From Marsupella aquatica (lineage: Eukaryota > Plantae > Marchantiophyta): a stretch of 64,000 bases of DNA. Under the pieces are notes generated by a model. It was not told the DNA's origin. It saw nothing but the letters and a program-made list of their open reading frames with translations, and did no database searches. Every line of letters starts with the position of its first letter. The stretch's first letter is position 1. Position numbers and translations under genes: made by a program. Shown here in pieces: positions 38,959 to 50,384 of this stretch. Location of the stretch: the NCBI GenBank assembly GCA_973895155.1, contig OZ316898.1, positions 4,278,480 to 4,342,479 on the forward strand, read 5' to 3'.

Positions 38959-39288
38959 TGTTGAACTAAGACGTCATTCGCAACGACCATAAAACCATGA
39001 CTTATTCCATGCACACGTAGTCGACACAATCTCTACGTGGTTCACCTCTTCTCCAAGGCTACGTCCACACGAACACTCAAGCTTTACTTCAAGAGTAAAC
39101 GAACACACATGCTCTCCCTCTTCCTCAAGTTGCTCCGTTACAAAATGAGTAAGCACCGCTCACCAGCGGCTTACACTAGCCCATATACAAGGTCACACAC
39201 GACTAACATAACCTCAGCTAAGACCCTAACTGTGATTAGCCTAAGTGCCGTAACCTTTGAGTCACAAGACTAAGAGTAATCCTTAACA
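38959..39288 (-). repeat. 5' LTR (330 bp)
   Basis: Direct repeat of 32424-32753 and adjacent to the PBS. Confidence 0.97.
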
Positions 39289-41441
39289 ATAATACTATTC
39301 ATGGTGAGGAAAGATACACAATTACAACTGTTTTTTCAACATGGGCTTGGTCAGCTAGCTAATTCAACTTGGTGTGTAACACTACATGGGATATTAGGTT
39401 AACTGCTGTGAAGAGTGTATAACTTCAAGTGGGCCTCCTTGGCCAACATCTACCTTTTCTTTTCTTTTCTTTTCATTTATTTTTTGTGGTTTGATACTTA
39501 TCTTTGGAAATCTGAAGGTGACAAATAGACGATACTGACAACTGTTCTAAACCACAAGATCCAGTTTAAAGGACTCCAGATAACCCACGTTTACTCATTT
39601 CACTTCCAGTACAAACATGTACACAAGAGAGCAAATGGCATTTTCAAGATTTCAACGATCAGTCTCTTTAGTTCACTACAGGTGCCAATCTAGACATCAA
39701 AATAGATATAGGTGAGAGCTTTGTTACTAAAAGCATTGCATCGCCAATCAGCATTTTTAGTGTAAGAGGGTCCTTCCTATCAGACGTATGTGGGAGAGCC
39801 AGCAGCGTAGATCTACTGGTCACCTTGGCAAATTAATAATGGCCAATGAGGAGGAGGGCCTCTTTTATATTAGCAACATGGTTTAAATTTCACTAACGTC
39901 AAGAACCTTGCAAGTTCCACCTTTCTTATGAATATCTACATTACTATCAAATATTGTGGTCGATTGAGTTAAACCCTAAACCCTAAATGGAGTCTCTTGC
40001 TAATGGAAATGAAGGACATCAGAGGAGAGCGACCAGAGCATTTAGGGTTACTTGAGTTAGGGAGAAGAAGCTGGCAGAAAGTAAACAAGATGGGAAACGC
40101 AGGACCACACAAACACAACAATTCTTAGCTACCAAGGCCTGATGCCAAATTCCTAGCAAACTGGCCTTGTTCAAGGTTGACAATAAATGTCTCCAGAGGG
40201 AATACATAAAAAATGTGACCGAGCTTAAAGCCAAATTGCAGACATATAACATCAGCTTAATCAAAACAAGTCACCTGCGGCAATGGGGGGGGGAGTGCAA
40301 ATTGTAAAGAAGTTCTCACTAACTAGAAGGTAAATTGTGAGTAGACAATGAAAAGGTCAAATCAGTTTCTAATGCCCAGAAACATCACAAGACTTCCAAA
40401 TGCTTCAAATGAAGCTCCTCACCCAAATCCTTCGGCTCCAATGCCCCAAACAATCGAATCCATGCACAAGATCCCGCCTTCAGCCCATCTGGTTGATGGT
40501 GACAGGGCCAACGAGTGCTTCATATTCTACGATCACACGTAAAAGAAGCACCGTCTTGGCGGCTTCTGCATAGGCATAGGGCTCGTCGAGTGAGATATTT
40601 TGCTCGACTCCACATACTCCAGAAAGTCTTTACATTCCCGCCAGGTAAAATACATGTTTGGTTCTGTGGCCATCGTTGATTGAGTGGACAGGATACTTCA
40701 AGACAGGACTAACAGAGTAGAATTAATTGCTTCAGGGAAACCTTCCAGCCTTGCACCCTTCCCGTCTCATCCTGTACAGGAGTTAAGTTATTTTATCATT
40801 TTCTAACTTCAGTTTGGCTGTTCTTTGAATTTAGGCTGATGAAAAGCAGAGGTTGGAAACTACTTGAACATTATAGTTTCCCTCTACATACTCCTGCACC
40901 TTAATCCAGACAGTAGATTTGAAAATCAAGTATTTACCAGATGGCCTTCTATCAACGAAGGAAGGTGGAAGTCAAATTGATGCACAATGCAATCAATGGG
41001 ACTCCCACCACAGAACATTTCCTACAATTTTATTAGCACCGGGTGGAAGCTTGCATAAATACAGCACATAAATGGTTGAGATCCAGCAGGGCCAAATGCC
41101 CTCTTGAGATGCATTAAACCGCGGCAGTTCGAAGGCTTGAGCTCACCTTGACTGTAAAGGTTGCTCAATAAAGGCAACAATCTCTTCAGATCGATATATG
41201 TTATTGATGATCAGCTGTGTTGAATTTATGGCAAAGAGGACAGTACCCTGCTGCTTCCTCGAGTCAAAGGTAGTCACCAAGTAACACATCATCAGATACA
41301 TCTGGGTTTGGTTACAAATGAACAACTAGTGCAAATCGTTTTCATGGCTGTGGATAGAATTAAGGGCCCGCTTGATAAGTTAAGTGTCTTGCTGTCTAAC
41401 TTTACGACTCATTAATTTGAGCCCAGACAAACTTGACGTGA

Positions 41442-41621
41442 TCACTTACCCCAGTTGGATGGAGGTCCATCTGCATTAGACTTCCATAGGTATATCATGC
41501 CAATACAAACAGTTGCAACGGTTGCCAAATTGACAATCGTTGTCCAACTCCTCTCCTGGGAGCCATATTTAGAGGATTTGAGGGGTGCATAATCTGACAA
41601 GTCGAGGTATAGTCTCAAAGC
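41442..41621 (-). CDS. Alternative duplicated terminal coding exon 14b of the CBSCBSPB gene
   Basis: It has its own acceptor taggtttttgttgcag|GCTTTGAGACTATACCTCGAC, paralogous to the exon 14a acceptor taggtttttgtcgcag|GGTTTGAGACTATTTCTCGAC, in the same phase 0. It encodes ALRLYLD...WTTIVNLATVATVCIGMIYLWKS... with an intact TM segment. Confidence 0.75.
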   Translation of the reverse strand, partial: ALRLYLDLSDYAPLKSSKYGSQERSWTTIVNLATVATVCIGMIYLWKSNADGPPSNWGK

Positions 41622-41634
41622 CTGCAACAAAAAC

Positions 41635-44600
41635 CTAGTTAGACCTCCTCAGGACATATCCAAGAGTTATACCGACAACTATTACGGTTGCTGCAACTAC
41701 TGCTGTCTGTACATAGACTGGGTTCGAAAGCCAGCTGCTCTCTTTCTCATCATTTTCGTAATGGACTGGTTCGACACTTCTGGAGGGTGCCTTTGCGAGT
41801 TTGGAAGGCGTAGTCGGATAAGTCTTTTTCTGAAGATGCGAGTAGTCGAGAAATAGTCTCAAACCCTGCGACAAAAACCTATTAGCCCCTTAATGAAAAG
41901 AAAAAACTGTAACAATAGACCTGGCAAATGCCTCAAACCATCTCCAGCTTCCAAATGCACTCCATTCGAAGTTCTACCACGAACAGGGAGACAACCCATC
42001 CTGAACAATTCCCGCAGGCTGAAGTAACTCCATAAGCTGCAAAAAATAGCCTGGACTCTAGTCTAGTCAACATGCCAACATTTCTGCCACCAAAACATCT
42101 TGATAGACTCACCTTCCAGCCAGATATCCGTGCAAAGTTGACGGCTGCAATCAGATCACTATCACTTCCCAATAGAACCCGATCTCCTTCATCATCTTCG
42201 TACTGTACACGTCCACAAACCATTTTCAATCTCAATTTCGGGAAATCGTGTGTCCATAGCATGCTCCCAATGTTCCAAGATGCTAGTTTTACAATCAATC
42301 CTAATTGCTCCACATCAATCTCCCAATACATTATCAGCCTTGCTTAGCATGTCTGCTAGCTGGCTCTGAAAGTAAAGCTAAGCCAGAGACAGAATTTGCA
42401 GAAGTGCTTTACTGGTAAATCCAAAATTGTTGTCAAGCAGGGACAAGATACCATGATATGAGGAAGTTGTGTGACATCAACATCATCTCCAACACGTGTT
42501 ACTATTGTTGAAATAAGTTCTGTGAGGCTTTCTGTCCCTGTTCCACAACAGTAGGCAACCACAGGATTTACAGCCCAATTCCTTAAGCGTGCATAGTTCA
42601 AGTGTGGAAAAATAAATGTTTCGAGTATATAGACATACCACACAATTTGAAAATCCATGACAGTAAGTTTGCAGGAATGGCTCGTCCCCGCAAACTTTTT
42701 AGAAGTAATATTGAAACCTGAATTATCATGAAGGAGGTTCCTTCAGCGACCTAGTAGTAAGACAGTTTCCGGGACAATACTGCTGCTCAAAACTTACCAC
42801 AATTGAAACGATGCACACGACCCTTCCGATCCTCTAATTTGAAGGAGAAGGTAGTTCCTAGACCCATCGGTGGGTACTGTTGTCTTCCAGCTTCTGAGCC
42901 ATACACTTCCGATGCGGCAAGCCTCCCAGAATTGTCACTGTGACATAGGCCACATTGACCAACTGAACATTAGTAGTGTTCAGAGCAGCTCCTTTGGATC
43001 GTACACTAATAACATGTCAAGGAGACAACAACCAAAGAGGCTGAAATTTGTGCCTTTCAATTTTAATTGAGTATTTATGATTTCATCAAACATAGTATAT
43101 GATGGCCGTCTGAAGTGCATCCATTGCAAACCCCACTGCTGGAAACAGTATCTTTCACAACTGACCTACGGGTGTCATCATCATCTTCCCCTGGCTCCAA
43201 CGCAAGAGCTGAATCCCAAAATTTCTGAAGCATTGTACCTCCCACATCACCAGAAGCACCGTTTTGATTGTTTCCAACCTACACAGAACATCGTACTTGA
43301 ATTAATATTTCAGTTTGTAAACGCAGGGCACAATTAAAATTGGAAGCAACTGCATTCAAAGATAATGTGCAACCTGATTCTGTAGATATAAATCAATCTT
43401 TTCGAAATTGAGGCAAAAGCAATCGCTACCAGAACAGTCATATCATTAATTTTGATAGATCTCACGCAAAGGAACAAGTTTTCTTCTAGATAGGATTTGG
43501 GGACTGTGCAAGAAAACGTACAGTGGCAACAGCTCCATGTGTAAGCTGCAAAACATCCAGGCAGGCCACCACAAAACCATCTGCACGCAACCCAAAACAT
43601 TACACCACATACTCACACAAAAAGCTAAGGACATGCCGTACGAAGAGAAAGCTCAACAGACACTCACCCTGATCAAGAACTGGTAGATGCAGAAATCTTC
43701 CATCGTGCATTGTGTGCAGCGCATCCACAATAGTTGTTTCTAAAGAGGCACACTCCGGATTGGGAGTCATCACCTGGATTTGAAAACATCGTCAATTCCC
43801 TATCACAAATCTAGATGACAGGAAGTAAAATCTAAGCAAAAGGCTTCATTTGAACACCTCGGTCAGCTTCGTACAAAACGCTTACACGATACCTTCTCCA
43901 CTGGTGTTGACTCGGGTGGCAGTCCCATTGCAACAACTCGCATTAACACATCTTTTGAACTGCAGCAGAAATGCAAAACAAAAGTAAATGTCAACTTTGA
44001 TGAAGATGAAGACTAATAATGCTAAGCAAGTTCAGAAAAGTTGGATGTTTACTCTGTTTGATTGGTAATGTGATATAATAATCCACTTGGCATAATAGCG
44101 ATCCAAAAGTCCCAAACCTATGAACAAAGGACTGTAGAAGGCAGCTCCTACGTGAGAATGCCCTGAGGCTTGTTTGCTGACGTCACAATAACAGAGTTGA
44201 CTCGCAAATCGCGCATCTTCTTTGTTGCTGAATACACAGTATCAGATAGGGAGAGAGTTGCAACTCTGCAAAGTAGACAAGTAACCACAGAGGCATAAGA
44301 GCAGTAACCAAAATCAACAACCTCTTTCAAAACTAAAAATATCGAAGAGACCACACCCTGACAATCTACAGGCAGATCTACCCTTCACGCAGTAACACAG
44401 TAAAAAATGATAAATCGTCTTTCAAAACAATTATGCAAGAATGAGCGCGAAAAATGACCTACTTGTTCGCTTCTGTTAACAGGGAGCCTAATGTAGGCCG
44501 AAACATCCGCTCTCGTAAAGTCTCAATAAAGCTTGAAGGAGCTGTCCAAGACCATGCATAACTGTAGGGATTAGAATTTTTATTTTATTTTATTTTAGTT

Positions 44601-47305
44601 TTTATATTTTGGTTGTTGGTGATATCTATATCATCTAAAAAGACCCGCTCAGCTCCAACAACAGCAACTGCATCAGGTATTCACTGACCTGCTAGATTGT
44701 TGCCCCATTGACGTTCAACACCTTCAACTGCAGCTGCAATGGCATTGCCTTTTTCTGCAGCCCTCTCCATACGTGCGATTGCATCATAAAGGCACTTTGT
44801 GATGTCGAGGAGAGCAACCACCTCACCATTTTCAACTACAGGAAGATGCCGAAACTTGCCTGCAGAAGATGTGGTTATTCGGCAGCTATAACGCAGTCGT
44901 CAATATAGTAAAGACACAACCTTCCATTCGCAGTACGATACTAAAAGCTTGTGAATATCTAAAACAGGGAACCCACAATGAAACTGAGCAAGCAGAATGG
45001 AACCCTAATTACCTTGAACCATTTTTTGAAGGGCGTCCACTGCCAAGGTGTCTCCCATAACAAAAATCGGATTTCTAGTCATAACTTTGGACACTGAGGT
45101 CTCTTCAGGTTTGAGACCCTCGGCAATAACCCTGGTAGCCACATCCTGCAATAGAAAAGATAATTAAATCAACGGTCAAAAATAAGTAGATCGACTCATA
45201 GGAACTAAACTTTGGCCACTGGCAAATGTAAAACTTGGAAGGCATAATTTAATTATCAACTATACAAGAAATTCCAGTTCGAGTTTCCGCACCTTATCTG
45301 TGATGATACCACACAGCAAAGCACTGGCATCAGTGAGTAAAGCAGCATCTACTCTTCTTGTAGCCATCCGACGGCATGCATCTGCAACAGTTGTCCCATC
45401 TGGGATAGTGAGAGCCTTAGATAAGCGCAATCTTTTCACTGTCCGCTCCCCTGGCGTCCTGTGGAATCAAAATTAATTATGAGGAGAATTCTAGTAATAT
45501 GAAACTAGAGATGAACCAAGAACATCAGAAATAACGAGAACATCAAGGTCAATCTAAATCCAAATCGCCACATGGCTCGGATTTAATTTCCCAGGGGAGA
45601 ACGTATAAATGCGTTTTTATACCACAAATTCCAACCAGAGAGTGACGAAACTGAATGAAATAGAAACAGAAAGACCAGTTGGGACAAATATTTGCCAATA
45701 ATTTTTATATAGCTTCCAAAAGTCCAGACCTAGGCAAGAGTAGTAAGACCCGTACCCTCTCTGGTCTCCAAGTGCTACTGAGAGCACAGCCTGGAATTAA
45801 ACTGGTGAATAGATACTGGGATCAAAGAAACTGCCAAAATAAATTCAAGGAAGGAAGGAACTCTTTTATCTTCAAATAGGTCAATACTAAACCTATATAG
45901 TAGGATAGGCTTGTCTCCCTGGATGCCAGAGCCGTCTTCTTGATAAGATTTGAACTCAAGAAACAATAATTTATAATTTTCCCAAGGAATCTAAAAGTTA
46001 TTTCTCCCTTTGTCGACGTAATACAATTGTGTCGCGGAAGCAAGAGACTACGATGGGACTCCCACCATTCTACTGAAAAAAAAGTTCAATAGCTGATGCA
46101 CCCTTAAGCCGGTACTGAACCGTAGATAGTATGACCTAGAAAGGTAGGGTTTTCTGTGTGTATGTGAGATGAAGATACAAGGATCTCTTAGTTCTGTGGA
46201 AAGCGAATGCCTTTTACACCCTAAATAATTATACACACAAGTACCTCATAAAGGCTGAGGCCCTCTTGAGCTGCTCTTGTAAGGCGATCAAGGTTCCTTG
46301 TCTCAATCGCCATTTTCCTTTTCTACTTCTGCGGGAAAAACTTCTGCTCCCCTCGTGCAACATTCTATTGAAGAAATACGCCCTGCATCATTGATGCTGT
46401 AGAGCGTGGGGCTTGATACCTTTTTGAGGCATTCGTACTTTACTAAGGAAGTCACCTATGTTTTCAGAGATTAATTAGCTTTTCAGTTTGTGTTGAGTCT
46501 ATGTTTTTTCAATTAGGTAATTACTATATAGCTTCTGGTTTAAGCTTCCATAACACAACGAAATCTGATGGTCCCTTTGCTCCTCTTATATTAAGTAGTG
46601 GGCCATAAAGTACAACATAAAAACGACCTGCCCTACTTTGCAAATCCCATGACAGGGTCATCTCCCTCTTATAAAATTAGTATTCGCGACAATGCCCCAG
46701 CGCATTGGCTGCTACAGTCGGCAGAATCACCAATCATCTCTAACTATGGGAAGGGTTTCCAATGCTCACAACAAAACCAAAACACAAAGACACAGAATAA
46801 AGAAATCAAGTTAAAGAATACAATAAAGATGGCCAAGAATTGCTTCCGCTAGCCTGAACAACTTGACCAATAAGCATTCCAGACGCCCACCAAATGGTTA
46901 CATCCGACAAATGGAAAGCAGACCAAGAAAGGAAGATTGAGATGATTGACGACTTGAATCTTGGGACTAGGATTTTGGTTCCAAATCTGATCGTTGCTCG
47001 TAACAACTCTGTTATCACTCAGTCAAGTTCATGGCAGATGTTGGTGTTTCTGACATGGTATGTGGGTATCCTTTACCCTAATCTTAACCAACAGCAGAAT
47101 CAGGATCCGAAGAAGAAGAAGAACGAAGGAACGAAGACGATGGAAGCTGAGATAAATCTTACGCTGGCTTTCCGCCTGATCTGCGTGCCCCACCGCTTTC
47201 AGACGGCGTTTTCTTTCTTGATCCCCCACTGCGTTTCGGTGTCGCAGTTTTTCCCTGCCGTTTTCCCCCTGCTGCAGCTGCCGCTGCAGATCCCGTGCTA
47301 CTCAT
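41635..47305 (-). CDS. CBSCBSPB: CBS-domain/PB1/C-terminal TM protein (CBSCBSPB family), isoform with terminal exon 14a, ~565 aa
   Basis: Exons 47305-47163, 45458-45293, 45145-45013, 44859-44689, 44541-44463, 44265-44152, 43959-43893, 43773-43668, 43580-43522, 43278-43166, 42937-42798, 42537-42452, 42202-42113, 41865-41635 splice in phase. Motifs: GERTVKRLRLSKALTIP, GKFRHLPVVENGEV, FSFKLEDRKGRVHRF, YEDDEGDRVLL (PB1) and a hydrophobic tail. Confidence 0.94.
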
Positions 47306-48569
47306 CCTGAATAGCTCGCTTTCCTCGCTCTCCCTTCTTTAGTACTATCTTTTCTTTTCCTTATCTTGCCTATTGTTTCCCTGTACGCGCGTGGACAGAC
47401 CCAATTTTGGCTTGGCTTCAATCCGAGTCGCCAATTCCTCGCTCCAGCCTTTCCTCCCTCCTCTGCAGCTTGACCAAAAGCTCCCCGAAACCGTCCGAAC
47501 AAAATGAAACAAAAATAATAATCACAGTAAATCACTCCATCTCAAACCAGAACGCCAGAGGCCAAACCTCGGATTTCTTCTCCGCTCTCAGAAAGATCCC
47601 CCGTCCACAAATGCTCAACCGAACTAACAAACCAAATCCAAATCCAAATCCAAATCACGTTAATCGATTCGGATCAAATCAACGGACTGCTGCGTCGATA
47701 CAATAACCGCAGCCACACAAAGAACTCGCATTGAGATCACTCAGTCCATCAATCAATCGCTCCTCCTTCCACCTGCCAGACACTCGCAAGCAATCGGCCA
47801 AACAAGCAATCACTAATCAGACAGCGAGCACGAAAGCTGCGGATTCTTGGTGGCGCTCAAGAATGGGAGATCGTTCCCCGAGTCCCACTCCTCCTCCTCT
47901 CCTCTCTCTCCTCCCTCTTTCCTCTCTCGTCCTCCTTCCTTTTCCTTGCTCCCTTCCTTCCGACAGGCTCCTCCACAGTAGAATGGCAGACGATCGTCCC
48001 AATTTACGGGCCACGATTGCCACTTTGGAGCTCAACCGAGTCGCCCAACAGCAGAGAAGCTATCATGAATGATGAGGACGCAGCACCGGAAGCGCCTGCT
48101 TCCTCTCCAATCCCAATCCCAATCCTCTCCTCTCCTCTCGTCGAGAAACACCCACCCAGCTCGCTCGCTCGAGTTGTTGTCCGTTAGCTCGATTGCAACG
48201 CCTTCCCACCGGAAAGAATTGCTCGTCTTCGCAATGGGAACAGCAGAAAACGTGAACCTGGGTCGGGCAGGGGCAACGGTGGTGGTGGTGGGGCAGACGC
48301 AACCATGGGCAGCCCGCTGCCCCTTACTCGTGTTTTAATGAGGTTTTTATAATATTTTGCTCACTCAAATTGTACATTTTTGTTCCAAATGTTATCATAT
48401 ATATTTTTTATTATATAGAACAATATGTTGATAAACTCAATTATTTTAAACATATGTCAAATCATGTCATAATAAATACGAATTATTTTGCTTACATATA
48501 AGACTGCAATTTGAAATACATGAAGCGTTGAAGCTTTTTTGCCCAGTAATTGTACATTTAAAATGTGAC

Positions 48570-48782
48570 AATATGTGGTTTACTATGCCACTATTTCCCA
48601 TGACTAACTCAATTATTTTTAATCAGTGAGTGTTATTTTCAATAGGTAGTTGTCTACCAGAAGAATTTCTTCATCCTCCCTCTAAAACACATGTGGTTTA
48701 CTATGTCTCTATTTACCATGATTTACTCAATTATTTTGCTTAAATGAGTGAGTGTTATTTTCAAAAGGTATTTGTCTACCAG
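48570..48782. repeat. ~120-bp tandem duplication in the AT-rich region upstream of CBSCBSPB
   Basis: ATGTGGTTTACTATG...ACTCAATTATTTT...AGTGAGTGTTATTTTCAA.AGGTA.TTGTCTACCAG x2. Confidence 0.8.
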
Positions 48783-50384
48783 ATATTTTTCTTGATATTC
48801 CCATGCGATAGAGAGCTCTACCAGGCTTTTCAATTTGCCTATCGATAAGTTTTAGATTTTTTTTCCTGCTTGTTGATGTGGTGTGGTTTTGCCTTGGTCC
48901 CTCGAGGCTTTTTGGCTCCTTAGTTATTTCTCCTTCATTGGGTCTCTCATCTTTGGGACGTCTCCCAATTAGATGCCTAGGTGGTAGTTTAGTAATAAAA
49001 TAGTAATTATTTATTTTCTTTTCTTTTATCTTATTTTATTTGACATGAGCGTGCTCTTTTCTTTTCTCTAAAGTGGTTCTAAAGTGCCATTCACCACCTT
49101 GACGAAAAAAAAAAGAAAAAAAAAACACTGCAAAATGACCATCGTGGTGAGAATTTGAGAGCACGTCAGACCGGCTTTGCGGGGACCGTTACGGTGTGCA
49201 GGGGAATTTACTTTTGGCGGGGACGGTCAAACGGGCAGCCCGTAGCTACTTCGTATTTATGTTCCTCCTTCTCTGGGGCAGACGTTCTCCCGCCCGTCTT
49301 CTGCTACAGTCACTAACTTGTCCGCCATACTGAGTTAATGTGTCCATGCAATATAAATAAATTGAAACTTTCGCATTCTGCCTGCCTGGTACTTGTGAGA
49401 ACCTCTCAAGAATTTGGTCACCTAGAATTTAAGGTATAGATATTTTTCAAAATTAAAAATGGCTCCATCTACATGTCCTTGGTAAATCACTTTTTAAAAT
49501 TGTAAGCCCCCAGACGAAATATTTTAGGTTCTTGTAAAAACCTCCAAAGAATTTAAAATTAAAGGTACTAATTACTTTTCGAATTAAAAATGGCAATATG
49601 AGGATAGTATATTGGCCTAGCCTTATTTCTGGGGATAGAGAATAACTGATGTTCCGCACAGGCCTGCACTGATGTTCAGTCCACCACTCACCAAGCTTGA
49701 CAAACCCAAGTCTGAAGGATGCATATTGAGGTCTACTATATAAGTGTTGCTCTCCTTGCTATGAAATTAACAACAGGATTGATTCAAATGTGCTCAATGG
49801 GATATGCCCCGTTGTAATGCTTACTTGAGACAATAGTCTAGAGAGAGAAGAACTTCTCACGAGACTGGCCATCTCTGCTTATAAACAGGGAAACATTATG
49901 AATTATGAATTTACGTTGCAGACAGTCTGCCAAAGTTCCTCTTTTCCAAGTGACGAATCGAACTGTTCCGCTCGGGAGCAGCTCTTGACCTACAAAAATT
50001 ATGATTTACAGAACCTAGTAAAAAACATCATGATCAGTCTGTTCTGAAATTTAGTTGCATAACTAGTGTTACAAGAAACACCCAAAGCAGTGCCTTCGGC
50101 GACCGTATGGCATGATTGCTTTCCACCCGTTTCTGATTATTTCATGTCCAAAAAGGGCTAAGCGGCTAACTATCTCGTTAGCCTGGCAATGATGAGCTAC
50201 CAAATGAGTGGAACAAAATTCATATGGGCCTTTCCACCTTGCATTCGGGTGAATGAATCACACTACACTTCCGCTAATCACTCTGACTTCACAATGAAGA
50301 TAATGGAGCAGACAACCTTTCAGATGCTCCGACTCCATGAAGTGTAGGTGAAGCGGTCACAGCTTTAAGATATTCCGACAATCT

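Larger units (their letters stand above)
32424..39288 (-). mobile_element. Full-length Ty1/copia LTR retrotransposon (Tnt1/Tork-like), probably coding-defective
   Basis: 330-bp TG...CA LTRs at both ends, 5-bp TSD ATAAT (32419-32423 and 39289-39293), PBS, PPT and domain order gag-PR-INT-RT-RH. Confidence 0.97.

Noticed and set aside
39971-39987. AAACCCTAAACCCTAAA telomere-like motif (also ~51977-51993)
   Set aside because: It is only about two units, and short interstitial telo-boxes are common in plants.
41622-41637. Stop-codon readthrough from exon 14a into 14b
   Set aside because: The 13-nt gap puts 14b out of frame, so only alternative splicing can use it.
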